NCBI GenBank assembly: GCA_945870655.1 | Contig: CAMBSX010000001.1 | Location: 7,363 to 71,362, forward strand | DNA length: 64,000 bases | Reading direction: 5' to 3' | DNA from: Chthoniobacter flavus | Lineage (GTDB): Bacteria > Verrucomicrobiota > Verrucomicrobiia > Chthoniobacterales > JACTMZ01 | Shown: positions 56,757-64,000 of the stretch, one piece after another | How positions within the stretch are numbered: the stretch's first letter is position 1 | How the letters are laid out: each line of letters begins with the position of its first letter | Program-made: the position numbers and the translations under genes | Notes under the pieces: model-generated | Database searches by the model: none | Seen by the model: the letters and a program-made list of their open reading frames with translations, nothing else | What the model was told of the DNA's origin: nothing

Positions 56757-57602
56757 TTAGGCCGCCGAGGGGAGGCGACGCACGGTGATTTTGCCCCAGT
56801 GGGCACGGTCGGCGGCGTCGGCAAAGAGCGTCGTGCAGCGCCGCAAGCGGGAAGCCGGGGCCACAATTTGTCCGGCAACGAGGACCTCGTTCATGGCCGC
56901 GGGCGACTTGACCGTCCGCACTTCGGCGAAGGACGCGAGTAGAATGCGGCGAGTTGCCGATTGCATGGTGCGGTGGCCCGGGCCGGTGACGAGATTCACC
57001 GCGAGCACGCCCCCCGGGGCTATGGCCCGCCGCAGGTCGGCCAAGAGCGGCCGGTTCATGGTTTTGGCCCGAAAGACGTCGGTCCGTCCGGCCAGATAGA
57101 TGTCGTCGATGACCACGTCAAAAGTGCGGTGATTCGTCCGCAACCAGGCATAGGCATCGCCAACAATGACTTCGACTCCGGTCGCCTCTAGCGCCATGTG
57201 CCGGCGGGCCAGGCGAACCATCTCGCTGTCGATATCGAGCGCGGTGAACCGGCAGGAGGGCAGGAGATGGCGCAGAACGCGCAAGGTGGTCCCGCCGGCC
57301 AAGCCAAGCATGAGCAACGAGCGCGGTTCTTCCCTTTTCCCGAGGAGAGCAGAGGCTGCGAGCATGTCCCAGACCAAGCCGGTCAAAAACCGATACCGGT
57401 GATGGAAGGCATGCACTGCGCCAGCGACGCGGAACTCGGTGGCGAGGGCAGACGTCCAGATTTCGAAATCTTGGTGGGGAGTTCGCACTCTCGCCGTGCG
57501 TTGCCATCGCGCGGTGCGCGTGTCATCGGGGTGTTTCATCGCATCGGGTTTCTCAATGGGCCGCGGCTTAAATCGCGTGAGCGCTTCGCGAATCTGAGCC
57601 AT
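56757..57602 (-). CDS. Spermidine-synthase-like class I SAM-dependent methyltransferase-fold protein
   Basis: SLLMLGLAGGTTLRVL (SAM motif I) ... FTALDIDSEMVRLARRHM ... VIVGDAYAWL...FDVVIDDIY. ATG 57602 is preferred and the start is uncertain. Confidence 0.6.
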   Translation of the reverse strand: MAQIREALTRFKPRPIEKPDAMKHPDDTRTARWQRTARVRTPHQDFEIWTSALATEFRVAGAVHAFHHRYRFLTGLVWDMLAASALLGKREEPRSLLMLGLAGGTTLRVLRHLLPSCRFTALDIDSEMVRLARRHMALEATGVEVIVGDAYAWLRTNHRTFDVVIDDIYLAGRTDVFRAKTMNRPLLADLRRAIAPGGVLAVNLVTGPGHRTMQSATRRILLASFAEVRTVKSPAAMNEVLVAGQIVAPASRLRRCTTLFADAADRAHWGKITVRRLPSAA

Positions 57603-57731
57603 TTGGCATTGTCCCTTTGCTCTGGTGACCACGCGCTCCCGAAGTCTTCCCAGCAGCAGCGTGAGGAATGGTCAGCGGTCATGGGACAAGTGCGGGTGTC
57701 GCCACCTGAGCAGCGCGGACGAGCGCTCAAG

Positions 57732-59147
57732 CTAGTGAGGTGGTGGCAGGGTTGTGCCGAGGGCCAGGAGGAGGGCGGCAGTGCTTGTTGCGTAGCGGGC
57801 TTGGGCTGCGGCCAATTCGTATTCGGCCATGGCAAGGAGGCTGCGGACCTCCTCGCGGGTGGTCAGATCTTCAAGGCCGCTGGCGAAGGCCGCTTGCAAG
57901 GCGGCATCGTCTTCGCGGGCCGAGGCGACCCAAGACTCGGTGTACTCGACCAAAGTTCCCGCGGTGAGAAATTCGTGATAGTTGGTCCAGACATCGGAGG
58001 TGGCCCGCAGCCGGCTTTCTTCGAGCAAGTTTTCCCGCGTCGCCATCTCGGCCTCTTCACGCCGGACGCGGTTGAGACGTTCGCCTCCGTCGAAGATTTC
58101 CCAGCTGGCGGTAAGGAAACCACCGTAGCCATTGAGGTTTTCCGCATAGGTGCCGCTGGTCCGGCCATCCTCGGCCCGGTAGCCAAAAGTGGTGAAGGAG
58201 TAACTGCCTTCCAGACGCACCTCCGGGTAGAAGTCCGCCCGGGCGCGGCGTACGGACTCGGCGGAGGCGCGGACTTCGGCCGCCCGCGCGGCCAAATCGG
58301 GACGCTCGGCCAGGCATTTTTCGATGAGAGCACCAATGGTCTGGCGGAGTTCCGGGGAGGGCGGTGGGCCGGTTCCGACTCGGGTTTGCAAAGCGGCATT
58401 GGCCGGCAGACCGGCGGCCAGGCAGACTTCCCCGCGGGTGATTTTGACCAGGTTGGCGGCTTCGTCCCGCCGGAACCGGGCCTGCCACTCCGCTTTGCGG
58501 GCGGTCAAAAGTTCCGGGGTCGCCTTGAGGCCGGTGCTCATTTCTTTTTCCACGGTCTGCCGCAAAACCCGGGCAGATTCCCACGCGGAGATGGCCGCGA
58601 CTTCCTGCCAGCGCGCCGCTTCATGGGCGAACCAAGCGGATTGTACGGCGAACACCGTCTCTTGCATTTGCCGCCGGGCGAGCAATCCGGCACCTTCGAA
58701 AAGGGCGAGAGTGCGTGCTGCGTCGGCGTCGCGGCGTCCAAAATCGAGAAGGAGATATTCGACAGCAAGGACCGCAGTGGCTTGGACCCGGCGGAAGTTG
58801 TCCGGGCCAGTCGCGGCAGGCGTATACCATTGGTCGCTGCCGCCAAGGACTTCGCTGACAAGAACCGGCCAGTAGGGTGCACGGGCTTCGGCGGAGGTGG
58901 CTTCGGCCGCTTTGGCGCCGTTCCACGCCGCCGCGACGCGCGGGTTGCGCGCCAGCGCCAGATCGAGCAGATGGCCGAGGTCGTAGACTTGGTCTTTGTC
59001 CCAATGGTCCGCCGGTGGGGCAACGGGGGATGGCGTTGGGGCGGCGGGTGCCTTCGCCGGGCAATGGGTGAGGAGCACAACCAGAAGAAAACACAATGCC
59101 AGAAGACGGTGAATGCGGCACGACCTTGGAGTTCGGGGAATTCGCAT
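57732..59147 (-). CDS. TolC-family outer-membrane efflux channel
   Basis: It has a signal region (MRIPRTPRSCRIHRLLALCFLLVVLLTHCPA) and duplicated OEP repeats (LLDLALARNPRVAAAWNGAKAAEA...; LIEKCLAERPDLAARAAEVRASAE...). ATG 59147 is preferred over 59189. Confidence 0.8.
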   Translation of the reverse strand: MRIPRTPRSCRIHRLLALCFLLVVLLTHCPAKAPAAPTPSPVAPPADHWDKDQVYDLGHLLDLALARNPRVAAAWNGAKAAEATSAEARAPYWPVLVSEVLGGSDQWYTPAATGPDNFRRVQATAVLAVEYLLLDFGRRDADAARTLALFEGAGLLARRQMQETVFAVQSAWFAHEAARWQEVAAISAWESARVLRQTVEKEMSTGLKATPELLTARKAEWQARFRRDEAANLVKITRGEVCLAAGLPANAALQTRVGTGPPPSPELRQTIGALIEKCLAERPDLAARAAEVRASAESVRRARADFYPEVRLEGSYSFTTFGYRAEDGRTSGTYAENLNGYGGFLTASWEIFDGGERLNRVRREEAEMATRENLLEESRLRATSDVWTNYHEFLTAGTLVEYTESWVASAREDDAALQAAFASGLEDLTTREEVRSLLAMAEYELAAAQARYATSTAALLLALGTTLPPPH

Positions 59148-59222
59148 TGCTGCCGGGGAATCGGACAAGCTACTGTCAAAAGAGGGCATTTGGTGAACAG
59201 CAGCTTTTCTTATTTGTTGGCA

Positions 59223-59444
59223 ATGATCAACTCCACGGGCGATCCGTTGGTCGAAGTCGCCGGGGCGTACTTTCCGGCCTGGTTGGCGGCTTCGCTGCTC
59301 GGCGGAGCGGGTGTGGGTTTACTTTGGGCGCTTTCGCAGCATTTTGGCGGCCGGCTTTTGGTGGAACCGGCGGGGTGGCTGCTGCCGCTGTGGTTTGTCA
59401 TACTGACCGGCGGCAGCTGGCTCTTGTTGTTTGCCGCCCGATGA
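59223..59444 (+). CDS. DUF1656 / AaeX-like small inner-membrane protein
   Basis: This is the tail of ORF 57198..59444, starting at ATG 59223: MINSTGDPLVEVAGAYFPAWLAASLLGGAGVGLLWAL...LPLWFVILTGGSWLLLFAAR. It has two TM helices. The stop overlaps the HlyD start (ATGA), as in aaeX-aaeA. Confidence 0.55.
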   Translation: MINSTGDPLVEVAGAYFPAWLAASLLGGAGVGLLWALSQHFGGRLLVEPAGWLLPLWFVILTGGSWLLLFAAR

Positions 59445-60490
59445 AGGCGTCTGTCCTGGCGGTGGGGATCCGTCTCTTGCTCATCTTGGTGGCCATCGGG
59501 GTGGTCTTTTTGGTGGCGGAGAATTTGCGGACCTTTCCGCGGACCGAAGACGCCGAGGTGCGGGCCAATGTTATCGGGGTTGCCCCGCAGGTCGGAGGCT
59601 CGATCGTGCGCCTGCCGGTCGTCGACAACCAATGGGTGCGGGAGGGGGATGTCTTGATGGAATTGGATGCGCGTCCTTATGAAGCGGAGGCGGCGCGGGC
59701 CAGGGCGAGGCTTGAGTTGGTCCGGCTCGAAGTTCAGGCCCTCCGCGATGCCATTGCCGAAAATGAAGCCGTGCTCGAAGAACGTCGGGCCCGGGCCACT
59801 TACGCCCGCGACCACTACGAGCGTCTCCTTCCCCTGCTCGAAGGCAAATTCGCCTCGCCCGACCGGGTCGAAAAAGCCGGGAGTGAAGCGCGCAGCACAA
59901 CGGCCTTGGTTATAGAAGGCGAGGCGGCCGTGGCCCGGGCACGCAATGCTTTGGGCGAGGTGGATGGGCGCAACACGCGGATCGAAGAGGCCGAGGCCGC
60001 ACTGCGCGATGCCGAACTCAAGGTTGGCTTCTGCCGGGTGACGGCCCCGCGCGACGGGAGGGTGACCAACTTGCAAATCGCCCCGGGTTCCTATGCTGCG
60101 GTCGGAGAGCAAATTTTCACTTTGGTCGATACGAGCGTCTGGTATGTGTTGGCCAACTTTCGCGAAACCGATTTGCGGCGGATTGCTCCCGGGCAAACGG
60201 CCCGCATTTATCTGATGAGCGACCGACGGCTTCCGCTGGAAGGTACGGTGGAGGGCATTGCGCTCGCCGTGAGTCCGCTCGCTGGTTCGTCGCGCAGCGC
60301 CCCGGGGGGCGAAGGGCTTCTCTCGCGGGTCGAGCCGACCTTCGATTTTATCCAGTTGGCCTCGCGCTTCCCGGTGCGGATCACGCTGAAAGTTTCTGCC
60401 GCAGGCGAGCAGCCGGAGTTGCGGATGGGAGGAAAGGCCGCCGTGGTGGTGGATACCCGGTCGGCGCGCGGGGTCGCCTCAGGGCAATGA
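59441..60490 (+). CDS. HlyD-family efflux adaptor (AaeA-like membrane fusion protein)
   Basis: The tail of ORF 59096..60490, starting at ATG 59441. It has a TM anchor, then VRANVIGVAPQVGGSIVRLPVVDNQWVREGDVLMELD, a coiled-coil hairpin, RVTAPRDGRVTNLQIAPGSY and FPVRITL. Confidence 0.85.
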   Translation: MKASVLAVGIRLLLILVAIGVVFLVAENLRTFPRTEDAEVRANVIGVAPQVGGSIVRLPVVDNQWVREGDVLMELDARPYEAEAARARARLELVRLEVQALRDAIAENEAVLEERRARATYARDHYERLLPLLEGKFASPDRVEKAGSEARSTTALVIEGEAAVARARNALGEVDGRNTRIEEAEAALRDAELKVGFCRVTAPRDGRVTNLQIAPGSYAAVGEQIFTLVDTSVWYVLANFRETDLRRIAPGQTARIYLMSDRRLPLEGTVEGIALAVSPLAGSSRSAPGGEGLLSRVEPTFDFIQLASRFPVRITLKVSAAGEQPELRMGGKAAVVVDTRSARGVASGQ

Positions 60491-61482
60491 GTCCGGCGCG
60501 GGCCGGGTTGCGTGCGGCCACCGCCGCCGGGCTGTCCGCCTTGTCCGTTGCCGTCTTTGGCTTTCCCCAGCCTTTCCTCGCTGTCCTAACCAGCCAATTG
60601 GCCGTGTCGCAGGTCGGCGGCGGAGGACGTTTTCTCGGGCATAACTTGTGGGCGGTGGGCGCCGGCACCTTTCTAGGTGGCGGCGGGCTGACGCTCTGCG
60701 CCCAGCAACCGTGGCTTCTGTTGCCGCTGGGTGGAGTCCTCGCCGGGGCCGGTGGTGCTTGGTGGTGGGGAAGCCGAAGTCCTGTTGCCGCGATGGTTTT
60801 CCTCATGGGCTTGGTCGGCACGCTGGGCAGTGGTTTGATTTACCCGGAGGACGCCATCGCCAACAGTCTTGCTCATGCCGGTTCGCTGATGCTGGCCCTG
60901 ATCTCCGCCGCCTTTGCCCAAACGCTGTTCGGTGGCGAGGCGGGAAAAGATGGTGCCTCGGAGGGCATGGTGGCGCCCTCTCCCGTTCTTCCCGCAGCCA
61001 CCTTCGGATTGCTTAGCGGGCTGGCAGTGATGACGGGGTTCGGCGTGGCTGCCCTATTCTTTCCGGACCTTGTCGTACCTTTGTCCATCTCGGTCGTGGC
61101 GACCTGCTGCGGCCTTGGCGTCGCCTCAGACGCAACGGTTGTGCGGCAAAAAATCGGGGGGTCGATCCTTGGAGGGGTCATCGCCACGGTCTTTGTCGTC
61201 GTGTCTGCAGGGGCGGGGAATAATCTCGCGGTCTTGGTCGGTGGGTTGATGCTGGTCCTGGGTGCGTTGGAAACAATCGCGCAAAAATCGGCCTCTGGGG
61301 CGGCTTGGTATCGGCAGTCTGCGGCGGTGTTCGCCGTAGGAGCGACCATGCTTCCGGCACCGCTGGCCCATTTCAGCAGCGTGGCGCTCCGAGTTGCGGC
61401 CGTGTGGCTGGGATTTGCCGTGGCGCTTTGCCTCGGCTTGGCCTTGCTTCGCCTGGGGCGCAAGCCGCCGGATGTTCCATAA
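60487..61482 (+). CDS. FUSC/AaeB-like efflux permease, half-size (331 aa)
   Basis: It is polytopic and Gly/Ala/Leu-rich. The N-terminus (LRAATAAGLSALSVAVFGFPQPFLAVLTSQLAV) resembles the FUSC N-terminal block. The start overlaps the HlyD stop. Operon context: DUF1656-HlyD-FUSC. Confidence 0.55.
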   Translation: MSPARAGLRAATAAGLSALSVAVFGFPQPFLAVLTSQLAVSQVGGGGRFLGHNLWAVGAGTFLGGGGLTLCAQQPWLLLPLGGVLAGAGGAWWWGSRSPVAAMVFLMGLVGTLGSGLIYPEDAIANSLAHAGSLMLALISAAFAQTLFGGEAGKDGASEGMVAPSPVLPAATFGLLSGLAVMTGFGVAALFFPDLVVPLSISVVATCCGLGVASDATVVRQKIGGSILGGVIATVFVVVSAGAGNNLAVLVGGLMLVLGALETIAQKSASGAAWYRQSAAVFAVGATMLPAPLAHFSSVALRVAAVWLGFAVALCLGLALLRLGRKPPDVP

Positions 61483-61524
61483 GGTGCTCTCCCGGTTAGG
61501 CCGGGAGGAGCGGCGTCGACCGGT

Positions 61525-62928
61525 TCAGAGCTCCATTTGCTCAAGGCTGCGTCCCTTGGTCTCGCGGACAAATTTCCACGCGCAGAAACCCGAGAGGGCG
61601 GCGAAGATGGCGTAAAGGCTGTAAGCTCCGCCCAGACCGATGGTGCCCAGAAGAATGGGGAAGGTCATGGTGACCAAAAAATTGGTGCCCCACTGGGAGA
61701 GTCCGGCTAGGGAGAGCGCGGCGCCGCGGATCCGGTTGGGGAACATCTCGCCGAGCAGTACCCACATGACCGGCCCCCAAGAAATGCCGAAACACACGAT
61801 GTAGAGATTCGCGCTGACCAAGGCAATGCGTCCCGCGGCGGCCCCGAGGACAAGGTTCCCATCTGGACCGACTTCGGCCGTGCCGAAGACCACGGCAAGA
61901 ATGCCGAGGAAGATCGCCATACCGATTGAACCGATGAGGAGGAGGGGTTTGCGTCCCACTTTGTCGATGAGCAAAATGGCCGCTACCGTGGCGCTTACGT
62001 TGATGATGCCCCCGATCACATTGATGAGCAGCGCGTTGGCCTCGGAGAAGCCGGCCGCCCGCCAGAGCACCTCACCGTAATAAAAAACCACGTTGATCCC
62101 GACCAGTTGCTGCAAAGCGGCGATGGCAATGCCCACCCAGACGATGGGATGGAGGCGTTTGGTGGTGTCGTTGAAAAGATCCTGCATGCTCGGACGATGG
62201 TTCGCGTCGAGGGTAGTGCGTATTTCCTGCACTTTGGCCGCGGCATCCGCCGGGTGGGACAGCCCGGCTAGGACCGCCTCGGCTTGCGCTGTGCGACCGA
62301 TGGCCACGAGATAGCGCGGTGATTCGGGAATGAAAATCACGCCCACGAGAAACAGGGCCACCGGGACCAGTTCCATCCAGAACATCCACTGCCAAGCTTG
62401 GAAGCCGAACCAGAACGGCTCCGAGGCGCCGCCGGCTCCCAAAGCGATAAGGTAATTCATGAGGAAGGCAAAAAAGAGTCCGAGCACGATGGCCATTTGT
62501 TGCAGGGTGGCAAGGCGTCCGCGGTAAGCGGCGGGGGCGATTTCGCTGATGTAAGCTGGGCAAATCACGCTGGCCCCTCCGACCGCGAAGCCGCCAATCA
62601 GCCGGTAGACGACAAATTCAAAAGATCCGGTGGCGATGCCCGAGCCCCAGGAGCTGATGCCGAAGAAAATTGCCGCGGCAAAAAGCGCGGCGCGGCGACC
62701 AAAGCGGTCGGCAATACGACCGGCGAGAAAAGCGCCTGCCGCGCAACCCAGCAACATGGAGGCCACGTTGAATCCGCTGCCGACGTTGTCTGCATTGAAA
62801 GCCTTCTGCAATGCCCCAACCGTGCCGTTGATCACCCCGCTGTCGTAGCCGAAAAGAAAACCTCCAAGGGCGGCGACCGCGGAAAGCAGGGAGACACGAA
62901 ATAGGTGGGAGGAGTTGTGGGTGGTCAT
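61525..62928 (-). CDS. MFS sugar porter (sugar:H+ symporter)
   Basis: GGFLFGYDSGVINGTV, GRIADRFGRR, PESPRYL, and PVMWVLLGEMFPNRIRG are the sugar-porter family signatures. Confidence 0.9.
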   Translation of the reverse strand: MTTHNSSHLFRVSLLSAVAALGGFLFGYDSGVINGTVGALQKAFNADNVGSGFNVASMLLGCAAGAFLAGRIADRFGRRAALFAAAIFFGISSWGSGIATGSFEFVVYRLIGGFAVGGASVICPAYISEIAPAAYRGRLATLQQMAIVLGLFFAFLMNYLIALGAGGASEPFWFGFQAWQWMFWMELVPVALFLVGVIFIPESPRYLVAIGRTAQAEAVLAGLSHPADAAAKVQEIRTTLDANHRPSMQDLFNDTTKRLHPIVWVGIAIAALQQLVGINVVFYYGEVLWRAAGFSEANALLINVIGGIINVSATVAAILLIDKVGRKPLLLIGSIGMAIFLGILAVVFGTAEVGPDGNLVLGAAAGRIALVSANLYIVCFGISWGPVMWVLLGEMFPNRIRGAALSLAGLSQWGTNFLVTMTFPILLGTIGLGGAYSLYAIFAALSGFCAWKFVRETKGRSLEQMEL

Positions 62929-63024
62929 GGTTCGGAGAGGGGTGTCAGATGGATTGGGTTCGATTATTGTACAAATATGCCACGGGGTGCGACCTAATCC
63001 GGCAGGCCGGTAATGAGCATAAGT

Positions 63025-63825
63025 TCACTTCTCCAGCACCCAGCCCAAACGGTAAAGTCTCGCCGTGTAATCGCTCCCGCCCAGCGGATAAAGCGGGGCG
63101 ATGCCCTGGGAGCGGTTTCCGGCGCGCAAATCGGTGGCATTGACGGTGGCCACGTGTCCGTCAGCGTAGGCAAGGTTGAGGACCGGGTTGGTACTGCCGC
63201 GGTAGTGGGACCAATCGGCATTTGGCGTGGTCGTGTAGGCGAAGTCCCAGAATAAAAGGGCGTCGCTCGCTTTGAATTTGGGCCGCTGGCCTGCCGCATA
63301 GAAGTTATTGAACCTGTAGTGGCCGCGACCGACGGGAAACTCCCCGCCGGTGACATCCAGCTGTTTGGAGAGGATAGGATTGCGACAAGTCGCGGGACAC
63401 TGGAAGATGCTGCCTTTGAGCGGTGTGTTGGTCGGTGTCCCGGTATACATCCGTATTTCGTCCCAGTGCCAAGGGCCGGTGATTTCCGTCCAATTCGGTA
63501 TTTTGCCGTTGTTCTCCGACGCCATGGTGGTGGTGAGGGCCGCCAACTGTTTGAGGTGGCTGACACATTTCGCCTTGTCGACACTTTCTCGCACCGTGGA
63601 GTAGGCCGGGACGGCCAAGGTGGCAAGAACCGCGATGATGGCGATCACGACGAGAAGCTCGATCAAAGTGAAGCCCGTGCCGGGGCAAGGACGTCGTGGT
63701 AGTGGCGTGATGACCAAGGGTGGGTGGCCTGCAATATTGCTGCGGCCTTGGGCACTGCTGGGGCTTCTTTTCACGATGGCATTCTTCGGTCCGTTGGCCG
63801 GAGACCCGTGGTGGGGGTTCCGCAC
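63025..63825 (-). CDS. Prepilin-type N-terminal cleavage/methylation domain protein (Verrucomicrobia/Planctomycetes pseudopilin family with DUF1559-like tail)
   Basis: G|FTLIELLVVIAIIAVLATLAVPAY (class III signal peptide) and a C-terminal NLAYADGHVATV motif. The ATG at 63825 gives an unusually long 48-aa leader. A TTG at 63717 would give a normal ~12-aa leader. Confidence 0.75.
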   Translation of the reverse strand: MRNPHHGSPANGPKNAIVKRSPSSAQGRSNIAGHPPLVITPLPRRPCPGTGFTLIELLVVIAIIAVLATLAVPAYSTVRESVDKAKCVSHLKQLAALTTTMASENNGKIPNWTEITGPWHWDEIRMYTGTPTNTPLKGSIFQCPATCRNPILSKQLDVTGGEFPVGRGHYRFNNFYAAGQRPKFKASDALLFWDFAYTTTPNADWSHYRGSTNPVLNLAYADGHVATVNATDLRAGNRSQGIAPLYPLGGSDYTARLYRLGWVLEK

Positions 63826-63849
63826 GTCGGGAGACGCTGGGCCGAGCTG

Positions 63850-64000
63850 TTACGGCATGGTCACCTTCAAGCGGAGGAACAGTTTGCCGTTGACCGCATA
63901 GCTCTTGGGCACGGTGACGGTCATGTCATCGGCCAAAGCCCCGTTTTCGTTGACCACCACAGGCACAACGTCATTCCAGACGGTCAGGTCTGTGGTCCAT
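63850..64000 (-). CDS. 3' end of an unidentified protein gene (runs off the right window edge)
   Basis: Hand translation of the minus strand gives ...WTTDLTVWNDVVPVVVNENGALADDMTVTVPKSYAVNGKLFLRLKVTMP*, with the stop at 63850-63852. It has beta-strand-like alternation and is co-directional with the pseudopilin gene 24 nt downstream. Confidence 0.35.
   Translation of the reverse strand, partial: WTTDLTVWNDVVPVVVNENGALADDMTVTVPKSYAVNGKLFLRLKVTMP

Noticed and set aside
57198-59192. The bulk of the 748-aa plus-strand ORF 57198..59444.
   Set aside because: It is antisense to the methyltransferase-like and TolC genes and has the low-complexity G/R/A/P composition typical of stop-free antisense frames in high-GC DNA. 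Only the last 73 codons (DUF1656-like, from 59223) look real.
1-64000. Scanned for CRISPR arrays, IS elements or transposases, integrases, phage genes, rRNA, tmRNA, RNase P and SRP RNA signatures.
   Set aside because: No regularly spaced direct repeats, no transposase or integrase-like ORFs, and none of the conserved RNA motifs I know (for example GAGGAAAGUCCGGGC for RNase P) were seen. A by-eye scan cannot exclude small or degenerate elements.

Overview
This is a densely coding, high-GC bacterial chromosomal segment (roughly 60-65% GC by eye). I count about 63 protein genes and one tRNA. I saw no rRNA, CRISPR array, transposase, integrase or phage gene.

Lineage is an inference, not a search result. 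Several features point to Verrucomicrobiota (Opitutales-like): a prepilin-type pseudopilin with an N-L-x-Y-A-D-G-H-V tail, a tiny 'small basic protein', DUF2851, a TIGR03790-like protein, DUF5069, and very frequent 4-nt ATGA/GTGA start-stop overlaps.

Most content is housekeeping:
- dnaG (5' part), nfeD, thiS-thiH
- prs-rplY-pth-rpsF-ssb
- psd-pssA, sufT, ridA
- tRNA-Val followed by nusA-infB-rbfA-nrnA-truB-ribF
- pdxJ, recN, uvrA
- lepB, dapF-dapA-dapB, mutS
- a GH13 amylase, an MFS sugar porter, and an AaeXAB-like efflux set with a divergent TolC

I found no clear-cut new system such as a defence island or biosynthetic cluster. The loci most worth a second look are:
1. A 46-codon signal-peptide plus six-cysteine mini-protein, translationally coupled to a 76-codon ORF directly upstream of lepB (40876-41243).
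2. A tightly packed five-gene string: MBL hydrolase, TIGR03790-like, DUF2851, DUF5069, pdxJ (17709-22773).
3. recN, GT4, an output-less CHASE2-like membrane protein and a beta-CASP nuclease, packed together (22809-28174).
4. A promoter-like element plus a UUCG-capped intrinsic terminator wedged between tRNA-Val and the nusA ATG (11092-11197).
5. A ~240-bp low-GC patch with orphan mini-ORFs between mutS and dapF (48000-48614).

Many long ORFs in the supplied track are antisense shadows typical of high-GC DNA and were rejected. All family assignments come from motifs I recognise by eye. No database search was run.
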